From an uncultured Acidimicrobiia bacterium (GTDB taxonomy: Bacteria; Actinomycetota; Acidimicrobiia; Spongiisociales; UBA5794): a DNA stretch of 61,506 bases. The translations under genes and the position numbers were made by a program. Location of the stretch: assembly GCA_964195545.1 (NCBI GenBank), contig CAXMQQ010000009.1, positions 1-61,506 on the forward strand, written 5' to 3'. Each line of letters begins with the position of its first letter. The first letter of the stretch is position 1. The notes below the pieces were generated by a model. That model was not told the DNA's origin and did not search any database. It saw only the letters and a program-made list of their open reading frames with translations. Shown in pieces: positions 44,753 to 52,524 of this stretch.

Positions 44753-45907
44753 GTGCTGGATCAGGCTCGGATCGATCGACTCAAGCGGACCGACACCGGG
44801 GGGTATCCCGTGCTTTCGGTCTACGTGAACCTTGAACCAGGGCCGGAGTCACTGCGGAGCCTTCCCGCCCGGATCAAGGATCTCCTCTCACGGGCCGACG
44901 TCTCGTCGGAATCCCTTCCGAGGTCGCAGCGTCTCTCGATTCGAGAAGACGTTCATACCCTCTCGCACGATGTCGGTCGATTCGGTACGGATCTTGGCCA
45001 TGGGGTCGCCGTCTTCCGTTCCTCCGGGGCGGGGATCGATGAGCAGTTCGCGCTTCCCGGACCCGTGAGAGATCGGGCCATCGTTGACGTCGTCGCCTAC
45101 ATCCGGCCCCTCGAAGCCATGATCGAGCACTATCAGCGGTACTGCGTGGCGGTCATCGGTCGTCGCCTTGGATCGATCTTTCGATTCTCCATGGACCAAC
45201 TCGACACCTGGGAAGAGATGCGCGACGAGGAGATTCGAAAGGCGAACTATGGCGGCTTCTCCGGGTATGAGGAGCAGCATGTGCATGCGAGAGCGGACGA
45301 GATGGCGGCCCGGCACTATCGGCATGTCGCCCAGCGACTCACAGAGCTGAGGCGGTCGGATGAGGGATTCGATCTTCTCATCATCGGCGGGTCTGATCCT
45401 CATGTTGCCGGTGTTCTCGGGGAACTTCCTTCAGACGTGGCAGATCTGTTGGCCGGAACGTTCGTGATCGACCCGGGAACGATGACACCCGCGACGGTGC
45501 TCGACCATGCTCGGCGTGTGGCAGGCGCGTGGGAGGTACAAGAAGAGCATCGACTCGTGGCGGATCTCTTCGACGCTGCGGCATCGGGGAGAACGGCGGT
45601 CCTCGGTCTCGAGGAGACGTGCGCCGCAGTCGATCGTCGTTCGGTGGAGGTGCTCTACGTTCAGGCGGAGAGCACCACGCCGGGATCAACCTGCGTCGAC
45701 TGTGGGCGTGTTACCTGTGAGACCGGTTCGACATGTCCGGGTTGTGGCGGTTCGCTTCGGTCAATCCCCGATGTCGTCGACCGCCTGAGCGAGTTGGTTC
45801 GCAGCACCGGTGGGCGTGTGCGGCACGTCTTGAATCCCGGGCCCCTGGCAGCGGTCCAAGCCGGGGCTCTGTTGCGATACGCTGATGCGATGGTCGATCC
45901 GACCTGA
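44753..45907 (+). CDS. Bacterial eRF1/Pelota-like protein (baeRF-type) with a C-terminal C4 zinc ribbon
   Basis: 384 aa; GTG 44753 has GGAGG upstream. Three parts are visible: the N-terminus YPVLSVYVNLEPG, a central KANYGGFSGYEEQH loop, and a C-terminal domain with CVDCGRVTCETGSTCPGCGG. The overall layout recalls the eRF1-like families described in bacteria. Confidence 0.6.
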   Translation: MLDQARIDRLKRTDTGGYPVLSVYVNLEPGPESLRSLPARIKDLLSRADVSSESLPRSQRLSIREDVHTLSHDVGRFGTDLGHGVAVFRSSGAGIDEQFALPGPVRDRAIVDVVAYIRPLEAMIEHYQRYCVAVIGRRLGSIFRFSMDQLDTWEEMRDEEIRKANYGGFSGYEEQHVHARADEMAARHYRHVAQRLTELRRSDEGFDLLIIGGSDPHVAGVLGELPSDVADLLAGTFVIDPGTMTPATVLDHARRVAGAWEVQEEHRLVADLFDAAASGRTAVLGLEETCAAVDRRSVEVLYVQAESTTPGSTCVDCGRVTCETGSTCPGCGGSLRSIPDVVDRLSELVRSTGGRVRHVLNPGPLAAVQAGALLRYADAMVDPT

Positions 45908-45944
45908 CCTGCGGTACCGTTAGCGCCCCGTTGAAGGAGGGACC

Positions 45945-46520
45945 GTGCCACGGATCGTCGCTGTGGTTCTCGCTAATGACCCGGGTTCAGGCTTCGCCGG
46001 GTCGAAGTATCTGACCGACATCGGTGGCATCACGCTCATCGACCGGTCGTTGGCGGACGCGTCCGTGTGGCCGGTGGACGAAGTCATCGTTGTGCTGGGC
46101 CCTGATGCCGAAGAGATCGCATCAACACTCGGGTCCTGGGATGTGACCATCGTCATCGATCCGGAGTGGGAAGAGGGCCTGGCCGCCTCGCTACGTGTCG
46201 GCCTCGATGTTGCGATGCGCGGCCCAGCGGCCGACTTCGTCATTATCTCCTTCGCTGATCAGCCAGGAGTTCCTGCGAGCGACGTCTCCGCTCTGGTGGA
46301 AAGCACCGAAGATGAATCGGCTGTTGTACCGAAGTACCGGTACCGACGCGGATTCCCAATCGTGCTTGCCAGAGATGCGTGGGAGCACCTGCTCGGAATG
46401 GAAGGCGACGTTGACCTCCTCGGCCTTCTCGAGAGTCATCCTGCTGGAGTTGCCGAGGTGTGGTTCGATCACCTCGAGACCCCGCGAATCCAGCACCCTG
46501 AGGACGCCTCTGCCCGGTGA
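45945..46520 (+). CDS. MobA/MocA-like nucleotidyltransferase (molybdenum cofactor cytidylyl/guanylyl-transferase family)
   Basis: 191 aa. VAVVLANDPGSGFAGSKYL...LIDRSL...FADQPGV fits the NTP_transf_3 pattern. Confidence 0.65.
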   Translation: MPRIVAVVLANDPGSGFAGSKYLTDIGGITLIDRSLADASVWPVDEVIVVLGPDAEEIASTLGSWDVTIVIDPEWEEGLAASLRVGLDVAMRGPAADFVIISFADQPGVPASDVSALVESTEDESAVVPKYRYRRGFPIVLARDAWEHLLGMEGDVDLLGLLESHPAGVAEVWFDHLETPRIQHPEDASAR

Positions 46521-46601
46521 ATACGTTCGAGCGGGCGAGGCATCCGAGCATCCGGTAGGATTGCCGACCCGGGTTCCAGAGATGAACGGAGGGAGCAAGC
46601 A

Positions 46602-47006
46602 GTGGCATCGATCTCAGCAATCGAATCAATGGACCAGCGCGACGCAACGAAGCTTCGGAAGGCTGGCGTGCGCACAACCGGCGCACTGTTGAAGACCGCT
46701 GCCACGCGAACCGGACGTCGCCGGCTTGCGAGGGAAGCGAGCCTGAACGAGAGCGACATCCTCTCCTGGGTGAATCGCGCCGACCTCATGCGAATCAAGG
46801 GCGTTGGATCCGAATACGCAGATCTGATGGAGGCCGCAGGCGTTGACACGATCCGCGAACTGCGAAGGCGGAACCCGGATCGGCTTCTGGCTGCCATGAC
46901 CGATCTGAACACCAGGAGACGCCTGATTCGTCGGCTCCCGACGAATGCGATGGTCGCGGGATGGATAGATGCGGCGAAGGACATTGAGCCGCTCGTGACG
47001 CACTGA
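46602..47006 (+). CDS. DUF4332 (helix-hairpin-helix) domain protein
   Basis: 134 aa. IESMDQRDATKLRKAGVRTTGALL and LMRIKGVGSEYADLMEAAGVDTIRELR form two HhH-like units typical of DUF4332. Confidence 0.65.
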   Translation: MASISAIESMDQRDATKLRKAGVRTTGALLKTAATRTGRRRLAREASLNESDILSWVNRADLMRIKGVGSEYADLMEAAGVDTIRELRRRNPDRLLAAMTDLNTRRRLIRRLPTNAMVAGWIDAAKDIEPLVTH

Positions 47007-47129
47007 CGACGCGTGAGCAGTCGGAGAACGGGGTCTTTCGGCAACAGGTCTACGAGAGTTGAGCGATGAGTTCTGAGCTCTGAACGAGATGCTTTCCGAC
47101 TACCGACCGTCGACAGCCGTTCACGCGAC

Positions 47130-47160
47130 GAAGCCCCGGCCGGGAGGAGACCGAGGCTTC
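47130..47160 (-). terminator. Hairpin downstream of the HbhA-like gene
   Basis: The minus-strand RNA GAAGCCUCGG-11 nt-CCGGGGCUUC pairs over 10 bp including one G-U, which would be a C-A mismatch on the plus strand. It lies 19 nt after the stop. There is no U-tract. Confidence 0.4.
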
Positions 47161-47178
47161 AACGCGCGAACCTGAGGA

Positions 47179-47760
47179 CTACTTCTCGGTTGTGGTCTTC
47201 TTGGCTGTCACCTTGGGAGTCGTCTTCTTCGGCGTGGTCTTCTTGGCTGTCACTTTGGGAGTCGTCTTCTTGGCAGCAGTCTTCTTGGGAGTCGTCTTCT
47301 CCGGGGCTGTCTTCTTGACCTCCACGGGCTTCGGTGCGCTGACACCGGTGGTGAACTGCTCGCGCCAGTTGTTGAGTGTGGTCTCGAGTTGCTCACGCAG
47401 GATCTCGACCTTCTCCTGGAACTGATCGACGTCGACCTTCTCCTGGATCTGCTCGAGGACCTTTGCCTCCTGGATGTGCTCGACGCCATCCTGGAGCTGG
47501 CCAACCATGTTCGACTCACGGATCGAACCACCCAACTCGCGGCCTGCTGCTTCGAGTTCGGCGACCGAGGTCTCCATGAACAACTGGGTTCCGAAGTCCA
47601 TGACCATGCGGCTCGCACCGCCGAGGTCGGCGATCGAAGCATCGGCTAACAATTGTGCCCCGAAGTCCTTCGTCTTACGGCCGGTTACGACGGGGGCTCC
47701 GACGGCTACGTAGAACACTTTGACGGCATTCTCTTTCTGGGTTTCCATGACGGTGGTCAT
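47179..47760 (-). CDS. HbhA-like (heparin-binding hemagglutinin family) protein with a Lys/Thr/Pro-rich repeat tail
   Basis: 193 aa with an N-terminal coiled-coil domain. The C-terminal tail reads KKTAPEKTTPKKTAAKKTTPKVTAKKTTPKKTTPKVTAKKTTTEK. An XRE gene lies directly upstream, an arrangement I recall for M. tuberculosis Rv0474-hbhA. Confidence 0.65.
   Translation of the reverse strand: MTTVMETQKENAVKVFYVAVGAPVVTGRKTKDFGAQLLADASIADLGGASRMVMDFGTQLFMETSVAELEAAGRELGGSIRESNMVGQLQDGVEHIQEAKVLEQIQEKVDVDQFQEKVEILREQLETTLNNWREQFTTGVSAPKPVEVKKTAPEKTTPKKTAAKKTTPKVTAKKTTPKKTTPKVTAKKTTTEK
47192..47275. repeat. Two 42-bp tandem units inside the HbhA-like tail coding region
   Basis: GTGGTCTTCTTGGCTGTCAC(C/T)TTGGGAGTCGTCTTCTT(C/G)GGC(A) occurs at 47192 and 47234, and a partial third unit follows. 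Each unit encodes a 14-aa KKTTPKVTAKKTTP-type repeat. Confidence 0.85.
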
Positions 47761-48107
47761 GTCGCCTCCTTCTGTTCATTGCCAACGAAACTTCGATAGA
47801 TCTCCGTCAGCGCTTGTTGCTGGGTCTTTGTGAGCGTGGGATCGGACGCGATGGCGTCTTCAACACCCGAGTGGTCGACATCGTCGAGGAGTCCCGCACG
47901 CTCGTACAGGGACTCGGTTCTGATTTCCAATGCCCGGGCGAGTGATTTGAGGATCTCGGCCGAGGGTTTGCGAAGTCCACGTTCGATCTGTGACAAATAC
48001 GGATTTGAAATGCCCGCCTGATCGGCGAGCTTCCGAACAGACATCGCCGAGCGCGTTCGCTGCTCCTTGATGAATGTGCCGAGATCTGAAACAGTTGGAC
48101 TCTTCAC
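47757..48107 (-). CDS. XRE-family helix-turn-helix transcriptional regulator
   Basis: MSVRKLADQAGISNPYLSQIERGLRKPSAEIL is a Cro/C1-type HTH. I prefer GTG 48107 because a near-consensus promoter occupies the 5' end of the track ORF (start 48149). Confidence 0.75.
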   Translation of the reverse strand: MKSPTVSDLGTFIKEQRTRSAMSVRKLADQAGISNPYLSQIERGLRKPSAEILKSLARALEIRTESLYERAGLLDDVDHSGVEDAIASDPTLTKTQQQALTEIYRSFVGNEQKEAT

Positions 48108-48116
48108 GATGATTGC

Positions 48117-48145
48117 AACATATCGCAAAACGCTAACTATTGCAA
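48117..48145 (-). promoter_or_regulatory. Near-consensus promoter TTGCAA-17 nt-TATGTT giving a leaderless or near-leaderless XRE transcript
   Basis: The minus strand reads cTTGCAAtagttagcgttttgcgaTATGTTgcaatcatcGTG. The -10 box fits TANNNT, and the predicted start site falls 3-5 nt before GTG 48107. Confidence 0.45.
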
Positions 48146-48165
48146 GCACTTGTCGGAAGAGTCCG

Positions 48166-49374
48166 CTACGAGAAGGCGGTTCCCCTTCCAGCTAGCAGCG
48201 TGTCGAGGCTGGTCTGAACTGAGCGTCGAATGTCCTCGGATCGCTCGAGCATCCTCAGCGGGTCGGGCACAACACCGGGATTCTCCGGCATCACCGGTGG
48301 GAGGAACCGGATGCGCCAACGCACCGGCAGCGGGACCGGGTTGAGGAACACAGCGATCTCTTCGACCCGCTGCTGGGGGAAGATGAACCGCACGAGTTGG
48401 GCAAGGCGTTTCGACACGGCGACCGCCGGGTGGACTTCCTCTGCTCCGAGGATTGCGACGGGAACGATCGGTGTTCCCGTCTGTTCGGCAAGCTGTACGA
48501 AGCCGCCACGGCCGAACCGTTGCACGTGATATGCCTGCCAGACCGGTTTCATGAATCCGGATTCCCCCTCGGGGAACACGCCGAGGAGCGCTCCACGCTC
48601 GAGGAGGTGGCGAGCGTCCTCGTGGGTCGCGTACACGGCGCCGACCTTTCGGTACATGTGCGACACCCACGGGAGCATGTTGAAGATCTCCGTTGCGCTC
48701 ACGCGGACCCGACGAGGTCTAGGGGCTTCGTTCAACACGGCGAGCGCCAGCATCGCAGCGTCGTACGGAAGTGCCGCCCCACCATGGTTGGCAACGATCA
48801 TCGCCGGACCGTCCATGGGGATGTTCTCGATGCCCTCAACTTCAACCCGGAAGTAGTCGTAGTAGATCCCGTTCAAGATGTGCCACGCCATCTCGTGCAC
48901 AACCGGGTCGAGGCCGATGGCGTCGATGTCGTAGGTCGCAAGATGGAGATGTCTCAAGAGCGTCGGCCACGTGTCGAACCCGAGCTGCCCGGTGATGGGC
49001 ACTGCGGTGTCGTACCGATCCCTGCCGGAGTGCAGGGCGCAAGCGTCCCTACCCCGAACGATGGGCAGACCACAACCGTGACCCTCGATGCTGCGCCATC
49101 GACAGCGTTCATCCTGGTCCACGAGACCGGCGAGCCGATCGTAGAGATCTGTCCTGCGTGCACGGGCCTCCACCCGGTCTTCCTGGCTCACCCCGGGGAT
49201 GGGGATCATCGGGCCGGGTTCGATCTTCAGAGGGGGGTCTTCGACCCGTTCGGTCTCGGCCAGAGCTTCAACGAGTTCGGCCTTGGTCATCTTCGATCGT
49301 CCGCGAAGATCCACCGCTCTCGCGCGAGCGAGGAGTTCGGTCTTGGTGAGTGAGGAGAGTTCGTCGTGCTTCAT
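48166..49374 (-). CDS. Lysophospholipid (PlsC-family) acyltransferase with an N-terminal Rho_N/SAP-like helix motif
   Basis: The acyltransferase core reads IVANHGGAALPYDAAML...GVFPEGESG. The N-terminal LTKTELLARARAVDLRGRSKMTKAELVEALAE resembles the Rho N-terminal motif. The start overlaps the upstream stop as ATGA. Confidence 0.7.
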   Translation of the reverse strand: MKHDELSSLTKTELLARARAVDLRGRSKMTKAELVEALAETERVEDPPLKIEPGPMIPIPGVSQEDRVEARARRTDLYDRLAGLVDQDERCRWRSIEGHGCGLPIVRGRDACALHSGRDRYDTAVPITGQLGFDTWPTLLRHLHLATYDIDAIGLDPVVHEMAWHILNGIYYDYFRVEVEGIENIPMDGPAMIVANHGGAALPYDAAMLALAVLNEAPRPRRVRVSATEIFNMLPWVSHMYRKVGAVYATHEDARHLLERGALLGVFPEGESGFMKPVWQAYHVQRFGRGGFVQLAEQTGTPIVPVAILGAEEVHPAVAVSKRLAQLVRFIFPQQRVEEIAVFLNPVPLPVRWRIRFLPPVMPENPGVVPDPLRMLERSEDIRRSVQTSLDTLLAGRGTAFS

Positions 49375-50315
49375 CGATCGAATCCAGCCGATACGCGACC
49401 GTATGCGACCATCGTCGTCTGGCGGCAGTTGAGGAACGGATGGAATCCAAGAGCGTCCTCCATGCCGGAAGTGTCCATAACCCGGCCGTGCTTCAACAAG
49501 GCGATGGTGTGCTTCTCGAGAGGGATTCCGCTTCTCGCCACACCTCGCAGTGCAGCGTGGAAGGCACGTTTCGGGAGGGGCTGGGGCACTCTCCGGCCGA
49601 GGCGGAGGATACGGGAGAGATAAAGCTGGCCATTGCCGGCAACATTGAACGTACCGGGAACCGGATTGTCGATCGCATGCAGGAACACGTCCAACGCGTC
49701 CCGCTCCGAGATCACCTGCATTCGAGGATCGAATCCGAGGAGCGTCGGCACGCCGGGAAGTGTGAGATAGGCGCTGAGCGGGTTCCGGATCGTCGGCCCG
49801 AAGATCGGAGCGAGACGGAGAATCGTGTAGTCGACGTGATCGTGGCGCTGCGCTACATCACGGACGAATGCCTCCATCTGCTCGAGGTCGCTCTGGTAGC
49901 GGCCGCTCGATCGCGGTGGCTTCGAATCGGTGGACAGTATCGAAGGGGATCGAGGTCCGGCCCCGTAGATCGCACCGTCCGACTTGACCACGACGTGACG
50001 GATCGTCGTGCACCGACCGATCGCGCCAAAGAGAGCTTGAGCTCCGACGATCGACTCCTCATGGGCGCGTGTCGCACCGTGGAGTGCCGACCTGTCGACG
50101 GTCTGGAGATGCACGACCGTGTGCGGTTTGACGTCGAGGAGGAACCGGGCGAAGGAGAGTTGGTCGAGACTGAGACGCTCGAACGGGGATGAGAAATCCT
50201 CGAGTGGATCGAGATCGTCCACGGCGAAGACCTGGGTGTCGAGCGTTCGCTCGAGGCTCTGGATAAGGCGGCCACCGGTTCGGGTGGCTGCGCCCGTCAC
50301 AAGGATGCGCCGCAT
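49371..50315 (-). CDS. NAD-dependent epimerase/dehydratase (extended SDR) family protein
   Basis: 314 aa starting MRRILVTGAATRTGGRLI, a Rossmann fold. Confidence 0.7.
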   Translation of the reverse strand: MRRILVTGAATRTGGRLIQSLERTLDTQVFAVDDLDPLEDFSSPFERLSLDQLSFARFLLDVKPHTVVHLQTVDRSALHGATRAHEESIVGAQALFGAIGRCTTIRHVVVKSDGAIYGAGPRSPSILSTDSKPPRSSGRYQSDLEQMEAFVRDVAQRHDHVDYTILRLAPIFGPTIRNPLSAYLTLPGVPTLLGFDPRMQVISERDALDVFLHAIDNPVPGTFNVAGNGQLYLSRILRLGRRVPQPLPKRAFHAALRGVARSGIPLEKHTIALLKHGRVMDTSGMEDALGFHPFLNCRQTTMVAYGRVSAGFDR

Positions 50316-50464
50316 GGTTCAGAGGGTAGGACCCGCGGGGAGCGTGCGGCGAGTTGGGGGTGAGATGTGAGATGTGAGACTGGTGGCTGTGCTCGGAGGC
50401 TCATGTCTCATTTCTGGTGCATACCCTTGAGCACCTAACCTTCAACAGCCACCGGAACGAGAAC

Positions 50465-51496
50465 ATGGCAGGAGATGGAAGTTTGATCATCGTGATGCGT
50501 GCGGATGCGACGCGCGAGGACATCGACCACGTTCTCGTCAGACTCGCGGAGGTCGATGCGGAAGCTCACGTCTCCGAAGGGAGCAACCAGACGGTGATCG
50601 GCATTGTCGGCGATCGAACCAGGGTGCAGCAACTCCCGTGGGAGGCATTCCCCGGCGTCGAGCGGGCCGTTCCGGTTCTGAAGCCGTTCAAGTTCGTGAG
50701 CCGCGATTTCCAGCCAGACGATTCTGTCGTCATCGTAGGGCCGGCGAAGATCGGTGGTGGGCACTTCGCTCCGATCGCGGGTCCATGCGCTGTGGAGACA
50801 AGAGATCAACTCTTCGCCTCGGCAGCGGCCGTGCAGGAAGCCGGCGCGACAATCCTTCGTGGCGATGCTTTCAAGCCGCGGTCTTCGCCGTATGCGTTCC
50901 AGGGACTTGGTGGGGCTGGTCTTGTGCTGCTGGCTGAGGCCCGTGAGGAGTTTGGTCTGCCCTTTGTTGTCGAAGTGCTCGATCCCCGTGACGTTGAACT
51001 CGTCTCCTCGTATGCCGATCTGATACGCGTTGGCACGAGGAACATGGCCAACTTCTCTCTTCTCTCTGAACTCGGGCGTCAGTCGAAACCCGTCATGCTC
51101 AAGAGGGGATTCACCGCGACCATTGAGGAGTGGCTCAACGCCGCCGAGTACATCTACAAAGAAGGCAACCACAACGTCGTTCTCTGTGAACGGGGCATCC
51201 GTACCTTCGAGACGGCCACCCGCAACACGCTCGACATTTCGGCCGTGCCAATCGTCAAAGGCCTGTCGCACCTCCCGATCATCATCGATCCTTCGCACTC
51301 CGGTGGTCATCGCGAACTTGTCGCGCCGCTGACTCGCGTCGCAGTTGCTGCAGGCGCCGACGGATTCATCGTCGATGTGCACCCGGCTCCCGAGACGGCG
51401 CTGGTCGACGGTCCCCAGGCGATCCTGCCGGGCGAGTTCGCCGAACTCATGGATGAAGTTCGTGCGCTCGCTGCAGCGATGCACGTCGAAGTCTGA
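50465..51496 (+). CDS. aroF: 3-deoxy-7-phosphoheptulonate (DAHP) synthase, type I-beta, with an N-terminal ferredoxin-like regulatory domain
   Basis: Colinear with Thermotoga/Bacillus-type DAHPS: [14 protein letters not shown]..., [33 protein letters not shown] and IIDPSHSGG. Start M17 (ATG 50465) fits that alignment better than the track GTG 50417. The 359-aa minus ORF is an antisense artefact. Confidence 0.9.
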   Translation: MAGDGSLIIVMRADATREDIDHVLVRLAEVDAEAHVSEGSNQTVIGIVGDRTRVQQLPWEAFPGVERAVPVLKPFKFVSRDFQPDDSVVIVGPAKIGGGHFAPIAGPCAVETRDQLFASAAAVQEAGATILRGDAFKPRSSPYAFQGLGGAGLVLLAEAREEFGLPFVVEVLDPRDVELVSSYADLIRVGTRNMANFSLLSELGRQSKPVMLKRGFTATIEEWLNAAEYIYKEGNHNVVLCERGIRTFETATRNTLDISAVPIVKGLSHLPIIIDPSHSGGHRELVAPLTRVAVAAGADGFIVDVHPAPETALVDGPQAILPGEFAELMDEVRALAAAMHVEV

Positions 51497-51501
51497 CCGC
51501 T

Positions 51502-52524
51502 GTGCGGCGTGCACTCATTTCCGGGACCGGGCTAATCGGGACGTCGATCGCTCTGGGTCTCCAGGATCTCGGATGGGAGACCCTCGGTTGGGATCCGAAC
51601 CCGGAGGCACTTGCCAGCGCCGCTCGCACCGGAGCCGTCGCTCCGATCGAGAGTTTCAATGCGGTGACGCTGGGGACGAACGACCTCCTCGTTCTCGCCG
51701 CCCCACCGTCCGCCGTTCGTTCGACACTGAGCGAGCTGGAGACGGCGGCTCTGGTCATCGATGTCGCGTCCGTGAAGGCTCCGATTCTCGAGGTCGTTCG
51801 GACTCGACGCTTCGTCGGCACGCATCCGATGGCGGGCAGGGAGGTAACCGGTCCCGATGCTGCCCGACCGGGACTGTTCCGTGGCGCCACCTGGGTGCTG
51901 GTACCGAACGGGGCGGACGAATCCGACGTTCTGGCGGTCGAAACGATCGTGACCGACCTTGGGGCGAGACCTGTCCGAATGGCCGCGAGCGACCACGATG
52001 CAGCCGTGGCCCGGATCAGCCATCTCCCTCAGATCGTTGCCGCTGCGCTCCTGAGCGGTGCGGACGAAGTCCCGGGTGCCATGGATCTGGCTGCCGGGAG
52101 CTTCCGCGACCTCACCCGGGTCGCTGCGTCTGATCCGGCCATCTGGATGGACATCCTGACGGTCAATCGGCGGGAGGTGGTGGATGCCGTCGAGACGCTC
52201 CGGGCGCGTCTCGCAGAATTCACAGCCTCCGATGCAGAACTTGACGCCACACTCGTGGAGGCTCGTCACCTGCGGGCCTCACTCGGGCCCGAACTGGCCG
52301 TCGTGCGGGTCGCTCTCGAGGATCGCCCGGGGGAGATGGCATCGGTGGGGCATGCACTTGCCGAGTGCGGCGCCGACCTTCGCGACCTTCAGCTTCGCCA
52401 TGCCCCATACGGGGGTGGCGGCATCCTGACACTGTCAGTTCGGGCGGGGGAAGAAGGCGTGCTTCGTTCGGCGCTCACGGCAGAAGGGCTCAGCGCTGTC
52501 GTTCCATCAATCGGACCAGACTGA
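51502..52524 (+). CDS. tyrA: Prephenate dehydrogenase with a C-terminal ACT-like domain
   Basis: GTGLIGTSIALGL forms a Rossmann fold and GTHPMAG is the catalytic motif. The start is GTG. The 3' end overlaps the convergent M20 gene by 35 nt. Confidence 0.85.
   Translation: MRRALISGTGLIGTSIALGLQDLGWETLGWDPNPEALASAARTGAVAPIESFNAVTLGTNDLLVLAAPPSAVRSTLSELETAALVIDVASVKAPILEVVRTRRFVGTHPMAGREVTGPDAARPGLFRGATWVLVPNGADESDVLAVETIVTDLGARPVRMAASDHDAAVARISHLPQIVAAALLSGADEVPGAMDLAAGSFRDLTRVAASDPAIWMDILTVNRREVVDAVETLRARLAEFTASDAELDATLVEARHLRASLGPELAVVRVALEDRPGEMASVGHALAECGADLRDLQLRHAPYGGGGILTLSVRAGEEGVLRSALTAEGLSAVVPSIGPD

Noticed and set aside
50435-51514. 359-aa minus ORF covering the DAHP synthase gene
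   Set aside because: It is a mirror ORF. The plus-strand product aligns colinearly with type I-beta DAHP synthases, and the minus product has no recognisable features.
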